Positions 21,639 through 29,883 of a stretch of 64,000 bases of DNA are shown here, one piece after another. This DNA is from an uncultured Candidatus Saccharibacteria bacterium. GTDB taxonomy: Bacteria; Patescibacteriota; Saccharimonadia; Saccharimonadales; SZUA-47. The notes under the pieces were generated by a model. That model was not told where the DNA came from. It searched no databases and saw only the letters and a list, made by a program, of their open reading frames with translations. The translations under genes were made by a program, and so were the position numbers. Positions within the stretch are counted from its first letter, which is position 1, and every line of letters starts with the position of its first letter. Where the stretch lies: positions 42-64,041 of the forward strand of contig CAZHXX010000005.1 in NCBI GenBank assembly GCA_964536485.1, given 5' to 3'.

Positions 21639-22934
21639 ATGAATACGTCAATTTCAAAGACGGTAAGAGTTCGTTCTGCATTTGTTGCAGGCCTATTCTT
21701 ATTGGTCGTCGTTCTACCGCTTCTCGCAGTTGGTAGAGCATCTGCTTACGCTCAGCTGACAAACCGTCAGATAGCTATCGCTACCTCTGAAGTAAGTGCA
21801 GCTGACACGGTATACACCGTAAGCTTTAAGCCAGCAACAACAGGGAACATCAGAGGAATCGTCATTGATTTCTGTACTAGTCCTCTCGTTGGTACGGTAT
21901 GTACTGCGCCAACAGGTTTTGATACCCAAGAAGCAGGTCTTGGTGTCTACAACGAGTCTGGTTCTGGATTCGGTACAGGCTGGACACTCGATGGTACTGA
22001 AAGTACCTCAAACAAAGTGGTCATTAAAGATGCAAGCGGTGGAAGCGTGACTGCTGGTACAACAGTAAGCTTCGAGCTTGGTGACGGAACATCAGGTGAT
22101 GGGTTGACAAACCCTTCAACAAACGGTTCTTTCTACGCTCGAATCATGACCTATGCAGTAGCTACTGATGCTGATGCATATGATTCTGGTAGTACTGGTT
22201 CTAACAACCCACCATCAAGCACCGTTGACGCTGGCGGTATCGCTCTTAGCACTGCTAACCAGCTTACCGTGAACGCTCGTGTGCAGGAAGTCTTGCAGTT
22301 CTGTGTTGGGACAACTGACGCAGCTTCAGCAGATGACTGTACTGACATTTCTGGAACGACGGTTGATCTTGGAGTAATTCAAAGCGGTGCCCCAAGTATT
22401 TCACCTGTTTCAACCACAGTTGGTGGTAACAACAAGAGTGGTCTTGCAATGGTACGCACAAACGCAGTAAACGGCGTTGTGATCGACTACTTTGCTGAAC
22501 CAGTTACTGGTGACGGTGGATCAACTCACATGGCTTCACTACGTGTTAGTGGTGCAACTTGCACCGGCGACGGTACAATTGCTACTGGTTCTAAAGTTGA
22601 CCAGTGTTTCAACAGCTCAGGAACGACACAAGCTGTCTTTGCTGGTGCTGACGAAGGCTTCGGTATGACTGCTTCATCAGTTGACACCTCAAACGGAACA
22701 ACAGCCAATGTTGTAAGAGACGCAGAGTACGATGGTAACGGTACAAACGGTGCAGGTAACGGTTGGGCATGGGCTCAAGGTACACCTGACCGCATCGCAA
22801 GCTCTACTGGCTCTTCAGTAAAAGTTGTTGACGACGAAATGCTTAACTTGACCTTCGCAGCACAAGCTGCCGTAACGACTCCAACCGGTCAATACGGTGT
22901 CAAGAGCACATATATTGCAACAGCAAGCTTCTAG
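21639..22934 (+). CDS. secreted Cys-pair surface protein, paralog A (431 aa)
   Basis: Strong SD, signal peptide ending ASAYAQ, conserved C-x-C-TAP motif, Gly/Thr/Ser-rich, C-terminal ...TYIATASF. Confidence 0.6.
   Translation: MNTSISKTVRVRSAFVAGLFLLVVVLPLLAVGRASAYAQLTNRQIAIATSEVSAADTVYTVSFKPATTGNIRGIVIDFCTSPLVGTVCTAPTGFDTQEAGLGVYNESGSGFGTGWTLDGTESTSNKVVIKDASGGSVTAGTTVSFELGDGTSGDGLTNPSTNGSFYARIMTYAVATDADAYDSGSTGSNNPPSSTVDAGGIALSTANQLTVNARVQEVLQFCVGTTDAASADDCTDISGTTVDLGVIQSGAPSISPVSTTVGGNNKSGLAMVRTNAVNGVVIDYFAEPVTGDGGSTHMASLRVSGATCTGDGTIATGSKVDQCFNSSGTTQAVFAGADEGFGMTASSVDTSNGTTANVVRDAEYDGNGTNGAGNGWAWAQGTPDRIASSTGSSVKVVDDEMLNLTFAAQAAVTTPTGQYGVKSTYIATASF
21736..22927 (+). repeat. tandem duplication copy 1 (1192 bp, near-identical to 23155-24346)
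   Basis: Direct comparison: offset 1419 bp, identical except a few substitutions near 21758-21767; antisense ORF echoes in the track are duplicated too. Confidence 0.85.
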
Positions 22935-22956
22935 TAACAACTAGATATCCACAAAT

Positions 22957-22998
22957 AAAGCACAAGCAGTTTAAGAAACACTTGTGCTTTATTTAATT
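22957..22998 (+). terminator. rho-independent terminator between duplicated genes
   Basis: AAAGCACAAG - 14-nt loop - CTTGTGCTTT followed by ATTTAATT. Confidence 0.5.
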
Positions 22999-23057
22999 GT
23001 TTGTTAATATATTTTTGCAAACCCTAAAACAAAAACATTTAAATAAAAGGAGTGCAT

Positions 23058-24353
23058 ATGATACATGCATCGACTCTTCCTAAAAGGGTCAATAGCTTGC
23101 TTTTGGCAGGCGTAATTATGGCTTCGGTAATAGTACCGTTGCTAGTAACCGCGCGAGCATCTGCTTACGCTCAGCTTTCACAGCGTCAGATAGCTATCGC
23201 TACCTCTGAAGTAAGTGCAGCTGACACGGTATACACCGTAAGCTTTAAGCCAGCAACAACAGGGAACATCAGAGGAATCGTCATTGATTTCTGTACTAGT
23301 CCTCTCGTTGGTACGGTATGTACTGCGCCAACAGGTTTTGATACCCAAGAAGCAGGTCTTGGTGTCTACAACGAGTCTGGTTCTGGATTCGGTACAGGCT
23401 GGACACTCGATGGTACTGAAAGTACCTCAAACAAAGTGGTCATTAAAGATGCAAGCGGTGGAAGCGTGACTGCTGGTACAACAGTAAGCTTCGAGCTTGG
23501 TGACGGAACATCAGGTGATGGGTTGACAAACCCTTCAACAAACGGTTCTTTCTACGCTCGAATCATGACCTATGCAGTAGCTACTGATGCTGATGCATAT
23601 GATTCTGGTAGTACTGGTTCTAACAACCCACCATCAAGCACCGTTGACGCTGGCGGTATCGCTCTTAGCACTGCTAACCAGCTTACCGTGAACGCTCGTG
23701 TGCAGGAAGTCTTGCAGTTCTGTGTTGGGACAACTGACGCAGCTTCAGCAGATGACTGTACTGACATTTCTGGAACGACGGTTGATCTTGGAGTAATTCA
23801 AAGCGGTGCCCCAAGTATTTCACCTGTTTCAACCACAGTTGGTGGTAACAACAAGAGTGGTCTTGCAATGGTACGCACAAACGCAGTAAACGGCGTTGTG
23901 ATCGACTACTTTGCTGAACCAGTTACTGGTGACGGTGGATCAACTCACATGGCTTCACTACGTGTTAGTGGTGCAACTTGCACCGGCGACGGTACAATTG
24001 CTACTGGTTCTAAAGTTGACCAGTGTTTCAACAGCTCAGGAACGACACAAGCTGTCTTTGCTGGTGCTGACGAAGGCTTCGGTATGACTGCTTCATCAGT
24101 TGACACCTCAAACGGAACAACAGCCAATGTTGTAAGAGACGCAGAGTACGATGGTAACGGTACAAACGGTGCAGGTAACGGTTGGGCATGGGCTCAAGGT
24201 ACACCTGACCGCATCGCAAGCTCTACTGGCTCTTCAGTAAAAGTTGTTGACGACGAAATGCTTAACTTGACCTTCGCAGCACAAGCTGCCGTAACGACTC
24301 CAACCGGTCAATACGGTGTCAAGAGCACATATATTGCAACAGCAAGTTACTAA
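23058..24353 (+). CDS. secreted Cys-pair surface protein, paralog B (near-identical mature region)
   Basis: SD AAAAGGAG + ATG 23058 (track lists GTG 23052); different signal peptide, mature region identical to paralog A, last residue Y instead of F. Confidence 0.6.
   Translation: MIHASTLPKRVNSLLLAGVIMASVIVPLLVTARASAYAQLSQRQIAIATSEVSAADTVYTVSFKPATTGNIRGIVIDFCTSPLVGTVCTAPTGFDTQEAGLGVYNESGSGFGTGWTLDGTESTSNKVVIKDASGGSVTAGTTVSFELGDGTSGDGLTNPSTNGSFYARIMTYAVATDADAYDSGSTGSNNPPSSTVDAGGIALSTANQLTVNARVQEVLQFCVGTTDAASADDCTDISGTTVDLGVIQSGAPSISPVSTTVGGNNKSGLAMVRTNAVNGVVIDYFAEPVTGDGGSTHMASLRVSGATCTGDGTIATGSKVDQCFNSSGTTQAVFAGADEGFGMTASSVDTSNGTTANVVRDAEYDGNGTNGAGNGWAWAQGTPDRIASSTGSSVKVVDDEMLNLTFAAQAAVTTPTGQYGVKSTYIATASY
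23155..24346 (+). repeat. tandem duplication copy 2
   Basis: See copy 1. Confidence 0.85.
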
Positions 24354-24402
24354 ACTAACTAATCTGTTTTAGGATTTTGCAAAAGACTAATAGAATAGGG
24401 TT

Positions 24403-25467
24403 ATGAGACGAAAAAAACAAATCAGTTTTAGATTTCATAATGTCGCACGAGCGTTGTTGTTAGCAACGCTCGTGTCCCTATATAGTCTCTTTATCCCATT
24501 TAAAGCTCAGGCAACAGACCTCGCGAGCCGTAGTATCAGCTTAAAAAGTTCAGTCGCCGGAGAAACTACCCAGCACTTATTCACCTTTACGAACCCTACT
24601 GCATCCACGCTTGGGTCTATAAAATTTGAGTATTGTCAGAATAGCCCGTTGTTTTTTGAATCTTGTACGGCACCAGGCGGGCTAAACCTCTCTTCAGCAA
24701 CGCTCGCCGTGCAGACGGGTAATGCGGGGTTTGTAAAAGACCCTCTTTCGACGGCTACGTCACTTATTATAAGTAGAACGCCTGGAGGTTCTCTCAGCAC
24801 GGTCAATACTTACAGATTTGATTCAGTAATTAACCCTACAACAATCAACACCACCTATTTTGTTCGTATAAGCTTATACGCAAGCAATAATGCCACCGGT
24901 GTAAGCTTCGATCAAGGTGCGGTCGCCTTTAGTACAAGTGGTGGGTTTAGTATCGGTGCTTACGTCCCGCCGTTTATGATATTTTGCGTTGGCGTTACCG
25001 TAGCACAAGATTGTAGCAGTACGGTAGGAAGCTTGGTCAATTTTGGTGAACTTGAGTCTAATAAGACATCTTTTACCACTACACAGTTTGCCGGTGCCAC
25101 GAATGATCCAACGGGTATGCAGGTTTTTCTCAACGGCCAGACAATGACCTCCGGAAATAACACTATACCGGCGCTAGCAGTAAACTCTTCGAGCGCCACT
25201 GGGACCTCTCAATTTGGGGTGAACTTGCGCTCAAACAATGCTCCATCGGTTGGCTCGAGTCGAACTGGCCCCGGAACAATGTTTGCAACAACTAATTATG
25301 ACGTACAGAACCAGTACCGCTTCGTGGATGGAGACGTCATCGCGCGCTCCACTATTTCAACAGACTTTACGCGCATGACCGTTAGCTACATTGTTAATGT
25401 GAGCGAAGACCAAAAACCTGGTATTTACGCAACGACGCTTCTCTATACAGCCCTTGCAAGTTTTTAA
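24403..25467 (+). CDS. secreted surface protein, divergent paralog (354 aa)
   Basis: Signal peptide, FEYCQNSPLFFESCTAPGG (same C-x-C-TAP motif), FCVGVT..DCS block, GDVIARS and C-terminal ...TLLYTALASF. Confidence 0.5.
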   Translation: MRRKKQISFRFHNVARALLLATLVSLYSLFIPFKAQATDLASRSISLKSSVAGETTQHLFTFTNPTASTLGSIKFEYCQNSPLFFESCTAPGGLNLSSATLAVQTGNAGFVKDPLSTATSLIISRTPGGSLSTVNTYRFDSVINPTTINTTYFVRISLYASNNATGVSFDQGAVAFSTSGGFSIGAYVPPFMIFCVGVTVAQDCSSTVGSLVNFGELESNKTSFTTTQFAGATNDPTGMQVFLNGQTMTSGNNTIPALAVNSSSATGTSQFGVNLRSNNAPSVGSSRTGPGTMFATTNYDVQNQYRFVDGDVIARSTISTDFTRMTVSYIVNVSEDQKPGIYATTLLYTALASF

Positions 25468-25532
25468 TTTTATACTTGCTATTACTGCTACACTTTATTA
25501 AGCTAGTGTTAAAAGCAAATGAAGGAGAAGTA

Positions 25533-26504
25533 ATGATACAAAAACTTAAAGTTATAGTGCTTTCTGTGCTATTTACCATTGTGAGTATGCCGGCGTTGTC
25601 AGCGTCTGCACAAGAAAATGTGGTGGGGAGCGGGCTAAGTATTTCGCCAACAAGAACCGATCTTGTTGTCAATGCAGGAACAACAGCAGATCTAACTATT
25701 TCGCTAAAAAATGTCACTGGAGGACTTATCACCGCTAAAGCGTTCATGAACGACTTTGAACCAGATGGTGTTTCTGGCGAACCTAGACTGATTACCGACA
25801 GTGGGGTAAAGTCTGCATCATCAATCAAGGATTTTCTTGTAGGTCTTGAGGACGTATCTCTAGGTGTTGACGAGACGAAAGAGCTTAAACTAAAAGTTGA
25901 AGTACCAGCAGAAGCTTCACCTGGCGCATATTACGGCGTTATCCGCTACCAGGCTGTTCCAGTGAATGAAAATGGTGAAGAATCTGGCGGTGGACAGGTT
26001 GCGCTTACCGCAAGTGTGGGAACGATTGTTCTTGTAGAAGTGCCTGGTAACATCACCCAGAAGATTGAAATCAAAAGCCTAGCTGCCTATATTGGTGACA
26101 AAAAAGGGAAGTTCTTTACAAAGCGTCCTGAACAAGTGGGAATAAATGTCGAGAACCTTGGTAACGGCTTTGCACGACCTTTCGGTAAAGTAACTGTTAC
26201 TGACATGTTTAACAAACAAGTATTTTCATACGAAATGAACAATACTAACCCACGTGGCGTTGTGATGCCTAGCTCAACTCGTCTTTTCAAAGACAGTGTG
26301 AACGGGATTAGCAAGCCTGGACGATATAAGCTGGCTGCGGACATATCATATGGAAATGGCGGAGAAGTATACAGTATTTCGTCTACATTCTGGTATGTTC
26401 CAACGTGGCTCGTGATTACACTCCTTGTATTGTTGCTTGCTCTCGTAGGAGTCGCCTTATACCTAACACGCAAATACAAGACTCGCTCAATGAGACGCCG
26501 ATAA
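25533..26504 (+). CDS. cell-surface protein with C-terminal TM anchor, CscA-like (DUF916/DUF3324-like architecture)
   Basis: SD GAAGGAG + ATG 25533; signal peptide, SISPTRTDLVVNAGTTADLTISLKN beta-rich domain, PGAYYGVIRYQ block, single C-terminal TM followed by RKYKTRSMRRR. Confidence 0.5.
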   Translation: MIQKLKVIVLSVLFTIVSMPALSASAQENVVGSGLSISPTRTDLVVNAGTTADLTISLKNVTGGLITAKAFMNDFEPDGVSGEPRLITDSGVKSASSIKDFLVGLEDVSLGVDETKELKLKVEVPAEASPGAYYGVIRYQAVPVNENGEESGGGQVALTASVGTIVLVEVPGNITQKIEIKSLAAYIGDKKGKFFTKRPEQVGINVENLGNGFARPFGKVTVTDMFNKQVFSYEMNNTNPRGVVMPSSTRLFKDSVNGISKPGRYKLAADISYGNGGEVYSISSTFWYVPTWLVITLLVLLLALVGVALYLTRKYKTRSMRRR

Positions 26505-26529
26505 TTAGCACACACATACAAAGTAAAAA

Positions 26530-26557
26530 GCTCCCGCTATTCTCGCGGGAGCTTTTT
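26530..26557 (+). terminator. rho-independent terminator
   Basis: GCTCCCGC-tattct-GCGGGAGC followed by TTTTT. Confidence 0.7.
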
Positions 26558-26641
26558 CTATTGAGGCCAAAATCTTGTTGCGCTTACGCTTCCTATAGCT
26601 TACAATTACAGGTGTAACATTACGTAATATAAAGATTAAAA

Positions 26642-27589
26642 ATGAAAAAGTATCTACCACTCACGTGGCAAGACATGAAACGCCTACTTCTTGTCGTTTC
26701 GTTTAGTATTGCTGCTTTCTTTCTTGTGCTTGGTGCCCAGCCGGCATACGCACAGAGCACGGACCCAGAACAATCTGGGTCTGTTGGTTTGACTGGTACG
26801 ATAAGCGCACCGCCTCCAACGCAGGGTGCAAGCATTACCTTTCCAACAGGCGGACAATCCTTTACCGAAATGCCTGTTCCTGTGCGTGGGCTTTGTCCAA
26901 AGGGCCTGTTAGTGAAGCTTTTTAAGAACAATGTCTTTGCCGGCTCAGTACAGTGCGATAGTGGCACGTTTGAGCTAAGTATTGACCTATTTACAGGGAC
27001 AAATGATCTGATTGCTCGAGTCTATGACGAGCTTGACCAGCCTGGACCAGATTCTGCAACGGTGACAGTACAATTTGTAGACCCACGTAGAGGTGCCGGT
27101 ACTCGTGTAAGTGCTACCAGCAACTTTGCAAAGCGTGGGGCGAACCCGGGTCAAACGCTCACCTGGCCACTCATCATTAGTGGTGGGTCAGGACCATATG
27201 CAATTAGCGTTGATTGGGGAGACGGCAAAACAGCAGATCTTTTGAGTCAGCCATTTCCAGGTACACTAGATCTCTCGCATATTTATGATGCTGCCGGTGT
27301 GTATAACATTGTCATAAAAGTGAGTGATTCTAACGGTGGTACCGCCTTTTTGCAAGTAGTTGGTATTGCCAACGGCCCGCTTACCCAGACAAATGCGGAT
27401 GGTACGCCAATCGGGACAAAAGATGATGGTGTTGCCTTTATCGCCTCAGGAAGAACCACTATTGTTTGGTGGCCAGCGACTATTACAGTACCTTTTATTG
27501 TTTCTACCTTTTGGCTTGGTAAACGTTATATGCTGCGTGTTATGAAGAAGCGTATAGAGCGTGGTGAGCACCCGTTCTCAGATATTTAA
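26642..27589 (+). CDS. PKD-domain surface protein with C-terminal TM anchor
   Basis: Signal peptide; PKD signature ISVDWGDGKTAD...HIYDAAGVYNIVIKVSDSNGG; C-terminal TM and basic tail. Confidence 0.55.
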   Translation: MKKYLPLTWQDMKRLLLVVSFSIAAFFLVLGAQPAYAQSTDPEQSGSVGLTGTISAPPPTQGASITFPTGGQSFTEMPVPVRGLCPKGLLVKLFKNNVFAGSVQCDSGTFELSIDLFTGTNDLIARVYDELDQPGPDSATVTVQFVDPRRGAGTRVSATSNFAKRGANPGQTLTWPLIISGGSGPYAISVDWGDGKTADLLSQPFPGTLDLSHIYDAAGVYNIVIKVSDSNGGTAFLQVVGIANGPLTQTNADGTPIGTKDDGVAFIASGRTTIVWWPATITVPFIVSTFWLGKRYMLRVMKKRIERGEHPFSDI

Positions 27590-27778
27590 ACCGTACTTGG
27601 CGTATTTTGTCCGTTTTCTTGAATTATCCTCAGTCGTCGTATTGAAATACGCCTCCTTGCGGTTCCTCCAGAAGAACGAACAAACTACATCCAAGTACTT
27701 AAATAAACACAACCTTTTTTTGAGCCACAGGCTATGACGAGACTACGAAGAAAACCTCTAAATACTGCACTTTTGGAG

Positions 27779-28336
27779 TTAGATCGAGATAAAAGGTAAT
27801 GAATTTTTTTCTGCTACATCGTGAATTTGTGAAGGTGAATGCGATCTCAGATGATAAGAATATCGAGGGCTGGCCAGGAAAATGATTCCTGTAACTACAA
27901 GTAAGCGTGGATCAAGCACTACCTCGTTGTTTGTAATGGGAGAGGTTTGTTCAAGTAGTTGGTTGGCTTCATGTGGAGACAGTCTTGATAAGCGGTCTAG
28001 ACTTTCGTCGTCTATCCAAATATCGGTAGCGCTGGTAGCAATAATGGCGTCATCCGGAGCTTCAAGTATTAGGCCGTGTGAACCGCTAACAAAAAGTGGG
28101 TTTACTTCGTGACTTATTAAACTCGCTGAGATCACCGGTTGTCGATTGCGGCTTGTTCGGTGGCCCGTTCCTAAGGGAATGTCGATTTCAGTAAGATCAT
28201 CTATGAAGTATCTTTTTCTTTTTTGCTCATAGTCTATAAACCCGCTATCGATATGTACAAGATAGCGGTAGCTTTCCGGGTCATGACAGGCAGGATCTGT
28301 TACGCCTCCCCAAACTGTAAAATGCGTGCCAGGCAT
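27779..28336 (-). CDS. hypothetical protein
   Basis: 185-aa ORF divergent from mnmA; no motif recognised. Confidence 0.4.
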   Translation of the reverse strand: MPGTHFTVWGGVTDPACHDPESYRYLVHIDSGFIDYEQKRKRYFIDDLTEIDIPLGTGHRTSRNRQPVISASLISHEVNPLFVSGSHGLILEAPDDAIIATSATDIWIDDESLDRLSRLSPHEANQLLEQTSPITNNEVVLDPRLLVVTGIIFLASPRYSYHLRSHSPSQIHDVAEKNSLPFISI

Positions 28337-28356
28337 GCTATAATTATAGAATAATT

Positions 28357-29412
28357 ATGAATAATAAGCAAAAAATCAAAGTCTTTGTTGGCTTGTCTGG
28401 TGGCGTTGACAGTTCTGTAACCGCTGCGCTTTTGAAAGAGCAGGGGTACGACGTGACAGGGGTCTATATGAAGAACTGGAGCAAGGATTTGCCTGGTTTT
28501 CCGTGCCCTTGGAAAGAAGATTACCAGGATGCGAAACGAGTTGCTGTTAAACTCGGTATTCCATTTGAGCTATTTGACTTTGAGACTGAATATTTTGATC
28601 GTGTTGTGCAGTACATGTTGGATGGTTTTAAAGAAGGGATTACGCCAAACCCTGACATTATGTGTAACCAGGAGATAAAATTTAAGCTATTTTATGAAAC
28701 TGCTCGAGCAAGAGGTGCCGACTTTATTGCAACTGGTCATTACGCAAAGACAGAGAATGGGCGATTGTTGCAGGCGGTTGACGACAACAAAGATCAAACC
28801 TATTTTTTGTATCGCGTGAGTGAGGAGGCATTATTGCACACCCTTTTCCCGCTAGGAGACATGAAAAAACCACAAGTAAGAGAAGAGGCTAAAAAACGTG
28901 GCCTCGTGACGGCAAACAAAAAAGAGAGTATGGGCATCTGTTTTGTTGGAAAGGTGGGGATTAAAGAGTTCTTGAGCCAATATGTTGAGACAGAGCTAGG
29001 TGACATCATAGACCAAAATGGGGTGAAAATTGGCACGCATGATGGAGCCATTTTCTATACTATAGGGCAGCGTCATGGGTTGGACGTTGGTGGTGGATTG
29101 CCATACTACGTGACGGGCAAAAACATGCAAAAGAATGAAGTATATGTGACGAGTGACTTAAATGATGAGAGACTGTGGTCTAGTGAGATCTCTCTTGAGG
29201 CTTGCCACTGGATAAACAATAGACCGACAGTTGGAAAAAAATATTATGTGCGCACCAGGCACCGCGCAAAGCTTATCCCTTGCGTGGTTACGAGTTTAGA
29301 CGGGACTAAAGCCACGTTGCAGTTGGACGAGCAGATCCGAGCACTTACACCAGGCCAGTCGGCAGTCGTTTATGACGAAGAAGCTTGTCTAGGTGGTGGG
29401 ATTATCTGCTAA
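28357..29412 (+). CDS. mnmA: tRNA-specific 2-thiouridylase MnmA
   Basis: PP-loop VGLSGGVDSSV, conserved catalytic Cys region CFVGKV, C-terminal MnmA domain. Confidence 0.9.
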   Translation: MNNKQKIKVFVGLSGGVDSSVTAALLKEQGYDVTGVYMKNWSKDLPGFPCPWKEDYQDAKRVAVKLGIPFELFDFETEYFDRVVQYMLDGFKEGITPNPDIMCNQEIKFKLFYETARARGADFIATGHYAKTENGRLLQAVDDNKDQTYFLYRVSEEALLHTLFPLGDMKKPQVREEAKKRGLVTANKKESMGICFVGKVGIKEFLSQYVETELGDIIDQNGVKIGTHDGAIFYTIGQRHGLDVGGGLPYYVTGKNMQKNEVYVTSDLNDERLWSSEISLEACHWINNRPTVGKKYYVRTRHRAKLIPCVVTSLDGTKATLQLDEQIRALTPGQSAVVYDEEACLGGGIIC

Positions 29413-29421
29413 TCTAATAGT

Positions 29422-29643
29422 ATGATAGAAAGCTGGAATCCTCCACAGCCAAGTAACAGTGCCGGTTTCGAAGATGAAGTTGTTATGAGCGCTGTTCGCA
29501 GAGTGACGCAACTGTATGGGCTTCCAGGCCCAAGCAGAATTCCGTTACCCAAATTTGAAGGTGGCTATTTGGACCCAAGCGAAAGACTATTTTGGTTAGC
29601 GTACGGAACATTGCCACAAAGATTTGAAGGTTCAGACTGCTAA
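29422..29643 (+). CDS. small hypothetical protein
   Basis: 73-aa ORF; weak support. Confidence 0.25.
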   Translation: MIESWNPPQPSNSAGFEDEVVMSAVRRVTQLYGLPGPSRIPLPKFEGGYLDPSERLFWLAYGTLPQRFEGSDC

Positions 29644-29883
29644 TTTCTGACAAGACGGGTAGTTTGCTATACTGTTCAATAATGAGAAACACTCTAGTAA
29701 GCCGAATTCTAGCGCGCGCATGCGCCCATTGGGGATAATTTTTCTTTTTCACACAGATGTAGCATAATCATATATAAAGAAAGGAGCGCCATAGCTCTGG
29801 AAAGAGCAGACCGTAGAGACGATTTATTCGGCTCTACGGCTCGATGAGAAAACCTGAAAGGTTGTCTCATAAGGCAACGCCAC

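Noticed and set aside
22151-24219. Pairs of identical small minus-strand ORFs (22151-22348 / 23570-23767 etc.)
   Set aside because: They are echoes of the 1.19-kb tandem duplication on the antisense strand of the surface-protein genes, not independent genes.
29644-29883. T-box riboswitch upstream of alaS
   Set aside because: No match to the conserved T-box sequence (AAUUAGGGUGGNACCGCG) or an obvious specifier-loop arrangement. Kept only as a generic structured leader or palindrome.
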